DNA from: Eledone cirrhosa
Lineage: Eukaryota
Assembly (NCBI GenBank): GCA_964016885.1
Contig: OZ024743.1
Coordinates: 101,618,001 to 101,682,000, forward strand
Length of the DNA stretch: 64,000 bases
Direction of reading: 5' to 3'
A program made the translations under genes and the position numbers. Shown here piece after piece: positions 40,901 through 53,850 of this stretch; positions within the stretch are counted from its first letter, which is position 1; the number at the start of each line of letters is the position of its first letter. The notes beneath the pieces are model-generated. The model was given only the letters and a program-made list of their open reading frames with translations. It searched no databases and was not told where the DNA came from.

Positions 40901-41389
40901 CGAGGAGCTTTACCCGTTCGAGAAATGCTCTACAGACACGGGCGCCCGGGTAGGGACCCCGCCAAAAAGATCTGTCCCAGATGCGTGTGCGACGAGGAAA
41001 CCGTTGCACACGCATTGGTACACTGCTCGGGCGTAGCCGATCTGTGGGGCTATGTCGAACAAGTGCTGTCAAGGGTGGGACCGATCCGGTTGACCACCGA
41101 GTCTATTGTAATGATCAAGCCGCCTCCCCCCTTCAAAGATGAAGCAGAGGCGGTGTTTCTGTGCGTAATAGCCATGGCGAAAGAGGTTGTATGGTGGACG
41201 CGTCTGAAAGGACTGAGGTCAGGCACCTTTCTCTCTGGCCAACAACTGGTCCGTTTCTTCCGATATCATTTCGGAAGAAGGATCAGGATGGAGAGAGAGG
41301 TGCTGCACCCCAGCCGTTTCTATGAAAGATGGGTGAAAGTGGCGAGAATGGCCCGTGTGAATGGGCCTTCACTCTACATCAGACTATAG
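37952..41389 (+). pseudogene. Tx1 ORF2p (APE endonuclease-RT-CCHC) with one premature TGA at 38087
   Basis: ATG 37952 is in frame with ORF 38120-41389; GDWN, YLDRF, SDHK, GPGYWKLN, KSPGLDG, FRPITLLN, KAFDRVDH, RQGCPLS, YADD and CPRC..H..C motifs. Confidence 0.92.
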
Positions 41390-41935
41390 GTGAGGAAGAT
41401 GAAAGACCAAGGGAGCACCCCTTCTCTGTGCTCCTGAGGAGAAGGGTTGCACACTTTTTTCGGGGGTGTGTGCGAACCCCCAAGGCGCCTCCTCTCTATT
41501 GAGGATTTTGTTATAAATTTTATTTTTTGTTATATTTTATAACAAAATCCTCTATTGAGGATTTTGTTATAATTCTATTTTTTGTTATATTTTATTTTAT
41601 TTTTATATATTGTTATTGCCTCCTCCCTATTGAGGACGCCTTGTTTTGTAAACTCCCCCCATTGTACTTGTCCCACTTTTGATGCCCTTGTGGCAAATAA
41701 AAGAAACATATCTATCTATCTATCTATCTATCTTGATAGAGTAAGACACGCTTCGCATCGGCTCCGCTATTCCATCGGGATTTACCCTTACTATTGTAAG
41801 TACCGGATAAATTTTTTAGTGCAACACATTTGGAACACTAACCCCTGTTATTTAGGGAAACATTTTTGCATTTACCCCCTTTTTAGGGGGTAAAATAAAT
41901 ATCTATTTTTGCCGAAAAATTTCTTTCTTGGCAGC

Positions 41936-43773
41936 ATGGCGGAAAAGATGGCAGACATGTCTGCCATTAGCTCTGCCACGCCCCCCAAGTCTGAAGAACA
42001 AAAAATAATTACAACAAAATTAGACATTGAAACAAACAAACAAAATGAAAAAACAAATGTTAAGGAAAATGAGCAAACAGAAAACAAACAAACAGAAAAT
42101 AATACAAATAACGACAGGGCAACTTTCGCCCAGAAAACAAAACAATCCATTACATACACACCAATTGACCTAACTGCCGCCAGAGAAAAACTGGCCGAAG
42201 CAAAGAAACACATTGTTTTGGGGGAGAACAGAATGTTTTCCATTAACTCCCCCCCCCAGAATTCAAGAAAGCCAGAGCAGAAAACACAGTTCTATACAGA
42301 ACTATACTGAACCAGACAAGAAAGCCAGCACAGCCCAGCCAAATGGAAATAGAGTTAGTCCTAAAAGACTATATGAAGAATATTCTCTTCATACGAAAGG
42401 ACCGACTCTATGGCAGCATTTCGGTCCTAACAAGAGACAAAGAAACGGCGGAGAAGCTTTCCCTAAGCCCACTCTCGTCGACAACATATAGCTTCTATCC
42501 CTCCTACATGGGTAGAAGAACACAGAGAGTAAAAGTAAAAACAATGCTGCCCACAATGGACTTCTGGTGGGCTATTGCTGGCTTCATTGATATGGGCGAA
42601 GACACTATGCTGTCAATGGGGAAGGCAACTGGAGATGCGTTCCTGGGAATGGGCCTCGACATACTAGTCCAAATGAGGCCCGAAAGAATAGCACAAATCC
42701 CGGATCGCATCTGGCTGGATGACCTTACCCCAATAGACATAATTGTAGAGGGGAGAAGACCAGCATGCTATTTATGCATGGAAAGGGGACACGTTAAGGC
42801 TAACTGCCCGAAACGTATCCCCCAAAAAGGACTATTGCCCACACCCACCACAAACAGTACACCAGCACCACCCACCTCCAAAAATACACTAATACCACAC
42901 ACAGCAAACAAAATACAGACACCACCAACCACAAACACAACACAAACATCACCACCACCAGCACCAAACACAAGCACGACACAAAAATCACCACCACCAA
43001 CCACAACACAAACATCACCACCACCATCACCAACCACAAGCACGACACAAACATTACCACCACCACCACCACAAAACCCATTCCAAACAAATAATAAAAA
43101 AAACAGTAACAAATCTACCCCTCCCGCAAAAAAAAAACAACCACACAACACGTCCCTCCCACCTAGCGCTGAAGAATTTCCCCCAACTTCTGAAGAAGAA
43201 GGAGGAGAAGCCTTCAGACAAGTTAAAAGAAAAAAAAGAAAACACACACCCAGCACACCACAAATAACCCACACACAAACACCAACTCCAATCAAAAACA
43301 CCCCACCCTCAACAAACAAAAATAAATCTGCGCCTCCCCTCTCCGAAACATTGACAGCATCACAAAAAAAGACGTTGCAATACACATATATAAATAAAGA
43401 AAACAAAAAACTGGTTAAATTAATAAACAATAACCCTATGGTGCAGACCGAAGGGCCAAACTTTATCTCAACAGAGAACTTCACCCATTTAAAAATGATA
43501 AAGGTCCCTCTGGACCTTTATCGTTCCTTAAAAGAACAATTTAGACGGGACGTGAGCCCCCCCTGTTTAAAACCGTTGAATCGCGTCCTCTTGAAAGATT
43601 TCCCCATAACCGCCCCTCTCCCTGACACAACTCCAAATACCCCAACCCCACCACACACGTGTACCCCCACACCACCACAAAACATCCCTCCACCCAACAC
43701 ACCTGATGCCATGGAAATTACGCAACCCGGAGAGGTAAGTGCTTTTCTTTCTTCACTTTCAACACCAAAATAG
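41936..43773 (+). pseudogene. Element 2 ORF1, frameshifted at a C9 run (42249-42257)
   Basis: MAEKMADM start; CYLCMERGHVKANC knuckle; aligns with element 1 ORF1 across the homopolymer. Confidence 0.85.
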
Positions 43774-46700
43774 ATCAATTGAGAGTTGGCTGTTTGAACG
43801 CGCGTGGCCTGGGCTCAGCTTGGAAGCAAGCAAAGCTTCTAAGTGACCTCAGGTCACAAAGTATAGATGTGATGGTTGTTTGCGAGAGTCGGATCAGCAG
43901 CGTGAGACAGCTGGCGCCCGCCTTCGATGACTTTGAGATGCACGCATCTCTCTGTCAACCCGGAGGCGGGGGGGGGGGGGAGTTGCCGTACTGCTGGATA
44001 AACGTCTGACTCTCGACGTACAGATTGTTCACTCGGACCCGGGGGGTCGATTACTGGTGCTGGACGTCGGAGGCGGTGAAGGCGGGGCTTTCAGACTGGT
44101 CGGTCTTTATGCTCCCTTCGGGGCGGAAAGAGCCGACTTCTTCCAACGTCTGGAGACTTTTCTAGGAACGTCGCGTTCCCTGCTTTTAGTGGGGGACTGG
44201 AATGGAATCCTAGATGCGCGTTGGGACTATGCAGGGGCATGTCCCGATAGAGGGGGGTGTAGCAGCCTCAAGGGGTTACTCGATCGATTCGACCTGGTCG
44301 ATAGATTTCGACTAGATTGTCCAACTGCGCCAACCTGGACCTGGGCAAACCGCAGTGGACAATCTAGATCGTACCTAGATAGGTTTTTGGTTAGGAGTAA
44401 GGATAGGGACGTATTTAGTTGTCCAGAACTGATCATGGTTGGCTATTCAGATCACAAATTAGTGACCTGCGTGGTCAACCTTGATAGAACGCATAGACAG
44501 GGTCCCGGTTACTGGAAGATGAACTTGTCCTTACCGACAAAGAAAGATTACAGAAACCGGATTAGTAGCTTAGTTAAGATGCGGTTGACGGGAGCAATCG
44601 TCAACAGTAGGTGGTGGATATCTCTAAAGAGAGAGATTAGAGTAAGTTCGATAGGTTACAGTAAGGAACTAGCGGCGAATAGAAATAGGAGGGAAAGGGA
44701 GTTAACAGATAAACTAGAAGAGGCGATTAGGAGCGGAGACGTAGCCAGAGTGTTAGCGACGAGAACGGCATTGAGCCAGTTCTTTGACGCGAAGCACGAA
44801 GGCTGCGTTGTCCGAAGTAAAATACGTGCTTTAGGAAACGAGGGGACCAAAGCTGTTAGCTGGGCCCGCGTGACAGAAGCCAAGAGTGGGATTAAATCCA
44901 CCATTCGGTCTTTGCGAGACCAGGATGGACGGGTGATCCTTGAACCTGAGCGAATGTGCGAGACCTTTCAAAGGCACTTTGCTCGACTGTTCGGAGGTGG
45001 CGGGGGGCCGGACGGGGATGTGGACTTCGGTCCATACCTCGACGGTCTACCGCGTCTTTCGAGCGGCGAAGCGGAGTGCTGCGAAAGGCCAATCACAGCC
45101 ACTGAAATCGGGGAAGCGCTCAGCCAATGCAGCAGACGCAAATCCCCGGGTCTCGATGGTCTACCATACGAACTTTATTTAGCTATGCCGGTCTTGTTCT
45201 CCGAACTCCTCGAGGCTGTCTATTGCAACTGGCAACAGAACGGGAGAATTCCCTGTTCTGTGACCAAGGGCGTGGTCACGCTAGTGAGGAAGGACGAGAG
45301 CAAGGGGGACGACTTAAGTAACTTTAGGCCCATAACTCTGCTGAATGCAGAGTTACAGATTTTGGCCAAGGTGTTGGCGAAGAGGTTGGCGCTTGTGGTG
45401 GGTGGTTTGGTGGGAGACGCGCAGACATGCGCTATCCCGTCCAGGTCCATTCACGACAACCTCCACCTCATGCGATACATCATAGAGAGGGTTGGCTACG
45501 AACCCGGCTTTGGTGGGGCCCTGATCAACTTGGATCAATCTAAGGCGTTCGATAGGGTCGACCATGGTTACCTGGATGCGGTGCTAGCGGCGGCGGGCTT
45601 CGGACCCGTTTTCAGGGGCTGGATTTCTGTCATGCACAGTGGCAACATCTACTCTAGGATTAAAGTAAACGGCTACCTCTCGGAGCCGTTTCAAATCACC
45701 CGATCCATCAGACAGGGGTGCCCCCTCTCCTCCCTTCTGTACGTATTGACTCTCGAGCCACTGCTGCGGAAGTTGGAGTTGCTGCGGGGCATACCCCTGG
45801 AACCGGGATTGCACAAAGCGGTCTCGGCCTATGCCGACGACGTAACAGTAATGGTGGCGGACGCCTCGGAAATCGGGGCGATCGCCACCCTACTGGAGGA
45901 ATACGAAAGGCTGACGGGGGCTAAGCTGAACCAGGACAAGTCAGTCGGTTTGCAACTCGGAACGTGGAGGGGGAAAGCGATGCCGTTAGACGGTGTCGTC
46001 GGGCGGTGGACGGAGGGCCCGGTGAAGCTGCTCGGGGTCTGGTTCGGACCGGACCTCCAGGTGGAGAAGAATTGGGGCGAGGTGACGAGCAGGGTGTTTG
46101 CGCTGACCCAGAAGTGGGCCAAGTGCAAACTATCACTGAAAGGTCGGGCGGAGGTGACGAACGCTTACATAGCGTCCGTCATCTACTACCGCCTGACCGT
46201 CGTGCCTTGCCCCAAGGAAAAGCTCACCATCATGGAACGCATGCTCTTCCAGTTCCTCTGGAAGAAGCGGCCTCCCATGGTGAGGAGATCCATCTGCTGC
46301 CAGCACCCTTCGAAAGGAGGGCTGGGTATGCCGTGGCTGTTGATGCGTAGGCACGCATTGAGGCTACGGCATCTACAGGTATTCCTCAACGGTCAGCCGG
46401 TGTGGGCCCCGTTTGTGAGGCGAGCCTTCCCACAGCTCGTCTCGCTCACCGAACTGCAATCCTGGGTGAAGCAAAGACCGAGAAAACTGGGCAACTGGCA
46501 CACCGAGTGTGCCCAGGCGCTCACGGCTATCTGGCAAGCGGACCCGACTGTCAGTGGAGAATCCACCTCGACATTCTATAGAGGGTTGGTGGCTAGCAGG
46601 GGCGACGACACCCTTGGAGAGTCGCTAGGCATGGAGGAGGACGAACTGGCCAGCCTGTTCGGTAGAACTTTCGGCCCGGGACCCATGGACAACTTCCAGA

Positions 46701-47212
46701 GGTCCCTAGCCTGGCAGTGTTACCGGGGGGCTCTGCCCGTTCGAGAAAAGCTCTACAGACACGGGCGCCCGGGCAGGGATCCCGCGAAAAAGATCTGTCC
46801 CAGATGCGTGCGCGACGAGGAAACCGTTGCGCATGCACTGGTACACTGCCCGGGCGTTGCCGATCTGTGGGGCTACGTCGAACGACTGCTGTCGCGTGTG
46901 GCGCCGATTCGATTAACCGCCGAGTCTGTGGTGAACATCAAGCCGCCTCCTCCCTTCAGAAATGAAGCAGAGGCGGTCTTTCTGTGCGTAATAGCCATGA
47001 TGAAAGAGGTTGTGTGGTGGACGCGCCTGAAAGGTCTGAGGTCGGGTGACTTTCTCTCCGGCCATCACCTGGTTTACTTCTTCCGATACCACTTCGGAAG
47101 AAGAATCAGGATGGAGAGAGAAGTGCTTGGTCCCAGACAGTTTTATGAAAGGTGGGTGAAAGAAGCGAGAATGGCCCGTGTAAATGGGCCTTCTCTCTAC
47201 ATTGTTCTGTAG
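43770..47212 (+). pseudogene. Element 2 ORF2 (ATG>ATA start, frameshift at G13 run 43968-43980), otherwise intact APE-RT-CCHC
   Basis: ORFs 43779-44009 and 44057-47212 align continuously with element 1 ORF2; YADD intact. Confidence 0.9.
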
Positions 47213-47480
47213 GTGAAGAAGTGAAGAGGAAAGGGGGAGCGCCTCCTCTCTGGGCTTCCCCCGCGAAAAGAGTTGCACACTTTTCGGGGGTATGTGCAAT
47301 CCCCAACACGCCCCCTCCCTTTTGAGGACTTTTTATTGTTATATTATTATTGTTATTCCTTTTTTCTTTACTCGATTTATGTAAACTCCCCCACTGTGTA
47401 AATGTCCCCTTCTTTTGTGCCCTCGTGGCAAATAAATAGAAATTTATCTATCTATCTATCTATCTATCTATTTATCTATA

Positions 47481-47526
<46 letters not shown>

Positions 47527-47665
47527 GTAACCTACATGTCTCACTGTCTGCCTCTATATGGATCTATCTATTCAACTATCTTTCCATGTATCTGCTTGTC
47601 AGTCTCTATCCCACTCTCTCTATCTCTCTCTGCCTGCTAATATCCACCCATTTATTCAGCCAGCC

Positions 47666-47715
<50 letters not shown>

Positions 47716-47808
47716 CGACTTTTCTCCCTGTATATTGATCTATCTATCCAGCCATCTTTATGTCTATCTCCCTGCTAATATCCGTCCATTCATCCACCGA
47801 CCACCTAC

Positions 47809-47911
<103 letters not shown>

Positions 47912-47912
47912 C

Positions 47913-47946
<34 letters not shown>

Positions 47947-47963
47947 ATATCTATCTATCTATC

Positions 47964-50900
47964 AGACGTGTGTAACTTCGCGGAGAATTTTCTGTTATTT
48001 TATGTAAGAAAAAAACGTGAGTTTTTAGTTAAATTTTAAATTATTGTGTAACCTGACACCCCGTCTGGACCTTCAGGTGGTGGGTTAACTCATTTTCGCC
48101 CCTACAGGGGCGAAATATCCGTTTGAAAAATATTTTCTCCATCGAATCTTGGAAAAAAGATTGTAAAAGTTTGATTAAAAAGATTGTAAAAGTTTGAACG
48201 CTGCGTTCAACGATAATGGTGGTGGAGAGGCGGTAAGACTACAAAGCTCACAGTCAACATCGTCTTCTTCACTAGATACTATAGAGATGGAAAGACGAAA
48301 TGAAAATGCAAAAACAAATTCATATCCAAACAACACAAATGACACCAAACAGTTCAATGACAACAAAAATAACAGCAACACCAATAATGATGATAAAAAC
48401 AACAATGATAACAACAACAAAGAAAAAAATAAAGACAACACCAATAACACCAGCATCAAAGATAACAACAACACCAAGGAAAATACGAATAATATCAACA
48501 TCGGTGACAACAAGAATAACAACAACAATAACAACAATAATGACAACACCACCAACACGGATAATTCCACAGAGAAACCAAAAATCTCCTTTGCAGAGAA
48601 AGTTCAAAAAAAGGAGGAACTGATATATCTCGACATAACAAATGCTGAACAACTTTTAAAGGACGCTAGGAGATATGTCACTTTCGAAAAAAATGGTGCT
48701 TTCAGCATCAATTCTCCAGTAGAAATTCGCAAGGAAACTGCTCTCAAAACGATAGTTTTAAGGACGGTTTCCAATTCTACCCGAAAACCAGGCCAATTGT
48801 CACAGGAATAAATTGAACTGGTTTTCAAAAATTCAATGAATGATATTGCATTCATTCAAAGAAGCAAACTTTTTGGGAGTATTTCGGTACTCATGAAGGA
48901 TCAATTGACGGCCCCAAATCACTCTGTATCGCCAATTGTATCCAACCTGTACACCTTTTTCCCTACATACATGGGAAAAAGGACACTAAAGATCAAAATC
49001 ACGAGTGTCACACCAAAGGTGAAAATATCGTGGATACTGTGCGGCTTCATCAATTTTGATGAAGACAGAATACTGTCAGTAGGAAAGTCCCCCAGAGATG
49101 TATTCAATGGGACTAGCATTGAAGTTCTGGTGCAAATGAGCCCAGAGCGAATAGCTATGATCCCACAACGTGTACTCCTGGACGGACTCACCTACATAAA
49201 CTTTTCGGTTGAGGGTAGGCAGCCTTCATGTTACCATTGCTTTAGCAGGGGTCACCTGAGGGCTTCCTGTCCTAAATTAATGAATAAAAAAAGGCTCTTC
49301 TGCCGACACCCATCAAAACAACACAACCACCAACACCATCACAACAACAACAACACCAACACACAAAAATAGCCACAACAAACACAATCCCACCCAACCC
49401 CACTCCACCTAAAACCACTGCAAAATCACATACAGACACAACAGCTCCCCAAGACATACTCCTCCCCAATCACACAGACGATTCAACAGATGAGGCTATC
49501 TCGCCATCACCCAGTGAAGACGAGGGAGAACCCCATCGCTTGAAAAGAAAGAAAAGACATCACAAAAACAAAAAACCAGCAAACACTACCACAAACATAC
49601 AACCACCAACACAAACAACAAAAACATCACAAACAAAACCCCCACCTCCTGAAAACAAAATACCTACAACAAAACGAAAGCACACACAAGAACTACAGAC
49701 AAAAACATACACAACACAAGAAAATTACACTTACACTTACATAAACACTGAAAACAAAACACTAATGGAGACCATCACGAACGACCCTTCGGTGAAAACC
49801 GAAGGGAAAACTTTCGCCCACTCTATTAAAAATAGCAAAGAACTGAACCTAAAACTGACGAGGGTCCCTATACAAACTTATAGGTCCCTAAAAGAAACAT
49901 TTGAGAAGGATGTGGGGAATTGCTGCGTGAAACCACTCAACCGCGTCCTTCTCAAATGTCTCCCCACCCCCAGACACCCCCAGACACCCCCATCCCACCA
50001 GACCCCACCCCACCAAACATCTCCGTCTCCACCCCGCCGGAAACCACCACCCATCCAGACAACCCCCCCAACACCCCCATGGAAATCGTGCGGCCTGGTC
50101 CCCAGGAGACGAAGGGTGAGTGATCTCTTTTCTTCTTTTAACTTTTCAGCACCAACATGGCCAATATAAGAGTTGGAACTGTGAACGTACGCGGCCTGGG
50201 GATGCCCTGGAAACAGGGCAAACTCTTAAACGACCTCAGGTCGCACAGTATGGATGTGGTAGCCATTTGGGAGTCCAGGATCCACAGCGAGCGACAGCTG
50301 GCCCCCCATCTTCGATGACTTTGAGATCTACGCATCTATCTGTCAACCGGGGGTGGGGGCGGAGTTGCCGTTTTGTCGCGGAAACACCTGGGCCTCGTAA
50401 CACAGACGGTACTTCTGGACCCGGAGGGTCGACTGGTGGTCCTAGACGTTGACGGTAGTGAAGGTGGAGCCTTCAGGCTGGTGGCTGCATATGCCCCATC
50501 CGGGACACCACGGTCAGACTTCTTCAAACGTCTAGAGACGTTTCTGGGAACGTCCCGCTCCTTGCTTTTAGTGTGGGACTGGAATGGAATCCTAGATGCA
50601 CTTTGGGACTATGTGGGAGCATGTCCCGATAAAGAGGGGTGTAACAGCCTCAAACAGTTAATCGACCGATTTGACCTGGCCGATAGATATCGACTAGATT
50701 TTCCGACTGTGCCACTGTGAACGTGGAATAATCGTAGCGGAACATCTAGATCGTACCTAGATAGGGTTCTAGTTAGAAATAAGGATAGGGACATGTTAAG
50801 CTGTCCACAAATGTTCATGGTTGCCTATTCAGATCACAAACTAGTGACCTGCATGGGCAACCTTGATAGAACCCATAGACAAGGACCCGGCTACTGGAAG

Positions 50901-53833
50901 CTGAACTTGTCGTTACCGACAAGCAAAGCCTACAGTAGACGGATTAGCACTTTAGTTAAACAACACTTGACAGGGGCCATTGTCAACAACAGATGGTGGT
51001 ACCCTCTCAAGAGGGCAGTTAGATTAGACTCGCTAGTTTTTAGTAAAGAATTAGCGTTAGATAGAAATAGAACCAAGAAGGAACTGGTATATAAAGTAGA
51101 AGAGGAAATTAGAAGTGGCGACGTAGCCAGCGTGCTAGCAACGAGAACGGCCTTGGACCAGTTCTTCGACGCAAAGCACGAGGGCTGCGTTGTCAGAAGC
51201 AAAATACGTGCTCTGGGAAACGAGGGAGCCAAAGCTGTTAGCTGGGCCCGAGTGACGGAGGCAAAAAGTGGCAACAAGTCCACGATTCGGTCTTTGAAGG
51301 ACCAAAACGGACGCGTGATACGTGAGCCGAAGCAGATGTGTGCGGCCTTTCAGCGGCACTTTGCTCAACTGTTCGGGCGGGGCGCCGCGCCGGGAGGGGC
51401 TATGGATTTCGGTCCATACCTCGACGGCCTACCGCGACTCTCGGACAGCGTGGCAAAGTTCTGCGAAAAGCCGATTTCAGCCGCTGAGATAGGGGACGCG
51501 CTGAGCCAATGCGGCAAACGCAAATCTCCAGGTCTCGACGGTCTACCCTACGAATTTTACGTAGCAATGCCGGACTTATTCTCCGGTCTCCTGGAAGCCG
51601 TCTACTGCAACTGGCAACAGAACGGTAGAATTCCCAGTACTGTAAGCGGGGACGTGCTCACACTAGTCAGGAAGGACGAGAATAAGGGGGATGACATAGG
51701 CAACTTCCGGCCCATAACTCTGCTAAACACAGAGTTATAGATTTTGGCCAAGGTGTTGGCAAAGAGGCTGGCGTTTGTCGTCGAGAACCTGGTGGGAGAA
51801 GCGCCGACATGCGCAATCCCGACCAGGTTCATACACGACAACCTCCACCTCATGCGATACATCATAGAGAGGGTAGGGTGTAAACCCGGCTTCGGTGGGA
51901 CCCTGATCAACTTGGATCAGTCTAAGGCTTTCGATAGGGTTGACCATCGTTACCTGGATGCGGTGCTCGAGGCGGCAGGCTTCGGACCCGTGTTCAGGGG
52001 CTGGATTGCTGCAATGCACAACAGCAACATCTGCTCAAGGGTCAAGGTGAACGGCTACCTCTCGGAGCCGTTCCATATTACGCGATCCATTCGACAGGGA
52101 TGCACTCTCTCCTCCCTTATGTACGTACTGACTCTCGAGCCACTAGTGCGGAAGTTGTAGCTATTGCAGAGCATCCCTCTGGAACCGGGACTGCGGAAAG
52201 CGGCGTCGGCCTACGCCGACAACGTGACAGTAATGGTGTCGAGCGCCTCGCAAATCGAGGAGGTCGGCACCTTACTGAAGGAATACGAAAGTTTCACAGG
52301 AGCGAAGCTGAACCGGGACAAGTCCATCGGTTTGCAACTCGGATCGTGGAGAGGCAAACCGATGCCTTCCGATGGCGTCGTCGAACGCTGGACGGAAGGA
52401 CCGGTAAAGCTGCTCGGGGTCTGGTTTGGTCCGGACCTCCAGGTGGAGAAGAACTGGAACGAAGTGACGGCCAAGGTATTTCCCTCACCCAGAAGTGGGC
52501 CGAGTGCAAATTATCCTTGAAAGATCGAGCGGAGGTGAAGAACACTTTTATAGCGTCCGCCATCTACTACCGCTTGACCGTCGTGCCTTGTCCAGCCAAA
52601 ACGCTCTCCAAAATGGAGCGCGCGCTCTTCCAATTCCTTTGGAAGAGGCCGGCTCCTTTGGTGAGAAGATCCATCTGCTGCCAACACCCTTCTAACGGAG
52701 GGCTGGGGATGCCGTGGTTGACGATGCGCAAACACGCGCTCAGGCTGCGGCATCTCTACGTATTCCTCACCGGACAACCGGTTTGGGCCCCGTTCGTGAG
52801 GCGAGCCTTCCCACGACTCGTCTTGCTGACCGAGCTGCAGTCCTGGGTCAAGCAAAGACCGAGGAAAATGGGCGACTGGCACATCGAATGTGTTCAGGCG
52901 CTCACAGCCCTCTGGCAGGAGGACCCGGCGATCAGTGGAGACCCCCACTTCGTCATTCTATAGAGGGTTGATCCGCAGCAAGTGCGACGACGCGCTCGGT
53001 GAAACTCTAGGCGTAGAGGAAGATGAACTGGCCAGTCTGTTCGGTAGGACCTTCCGCCCGGGACCGATGGACAACTTCCAAAAGTCCCTGGCCTGGCAGT
53101 GCTACCGAGGAGCTCTACCAGTTCGAGACAAGCTCTACAGACATGGGCGCCCGGGCAGGGACCCTGCAAAAAAGATCTGTCCGAGGTGCGTGCGTAACGA
53201 AGAAACCGTCGCGCACGCATTCATACACTGCCCGGGCGTCACTGACCTGTGGGGCTATGTAGAACGACTATTGTCGCGGGTGGGACCAATCCGCTTGACC
53301 ACCGAGTCCATTGTCATGATCAAACCGCCACCCTCCTTCAAAAACGCAGGAGAGGCGGTTTTCCTTTGTGTGATAGCTATGGCGAAAGAGGTTGTATTTG
53401 TGGACAAGGTTGAAAGGGCTGAGGTCAGACACCTTTCTCTCCGGCCAACAACTGATTCTGTTTTTCAAATACCACTTTGGAAGAAGAATCAGGATGGAGA
53501 GAGAGGTGCTGTACCCCAGCAAGTTTTATGAAAGGTGGGTGAAAGTGGCGAGAATGGCCCGAGTGAATGGGCCTTCTCTCTATATCAGCCTGTAGGTTGA
53601 GGAAAAGGAGGAGGAGAGGAAAGGAGTACAAACTCTTCGTACTCCTGGAGATGAGGGTTTCACATTTTTTCGGAGGTATCTGTTACCCATATGAACTGTC
53701 TCCCCCTATTGGGGAAAATCGACTAATTTTTTAAATTGAATTTGTGATAACATTTTACATGTTTTTATTGTATGTAAACTTCTCCCTTTGTATTTGTCCC
53801 CTTCTTTTGGGCCCCTGTGGCTAATAAAGAAAC
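47964..53833 (+). mobile_element. Tx1-clade element 3 (full length, decayed)
   Basis: ORF1 fragments 48194-50123 (CYHCFSRGHLRASC); ORF2 fragments 50157-53595 with several stops and frameshifts and YADN; ends AATAAAGAAAC then (CTAT)n. Confidence 0.9.
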
Positions 53834-53850
53834 CTATCTATCTATCTATC

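Larger units (their letters stand above)
35914..41708 (+). mobile_element. Tx1-clade non-LTR retrotransposon, element 1 (full length)
   Basis: 5' UTR, ORF1, ORF2 and structured 3' UTR ending AATAAAAGAAAC then (TATC)n; no poly(A). Confidence 0.92.
41734..47444 (+). mobile_element. Tx1-clade element 2 (full length)
   Basis: Same architecture as element 1; bounded by (TATC)n on both sides. Confidence 0.92.

Noticed and set aside
42249-43980. Programmed frameshifting at the C9 and G13 runs of element 2
   Set aside because: Element 1 reads through the homologous positions without a shift; homopolymer slippage or assembly error is more likely
40141-46350. Recurrent alternative-frame and antisense ORFs within the Tx1 ORF2s (e.g. 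128 aa MEGQ/MEGE)
   Set aside because: Expected shadows of a GC-rich, highly similar coding sequence; no independent evidence
50125-50149. Splice acceptor just upstream of the ORF2 ATG in element 3 (TTTTCAG)
   Set aside because: The AG is absent from the other three elements, so it is not a conserved feature
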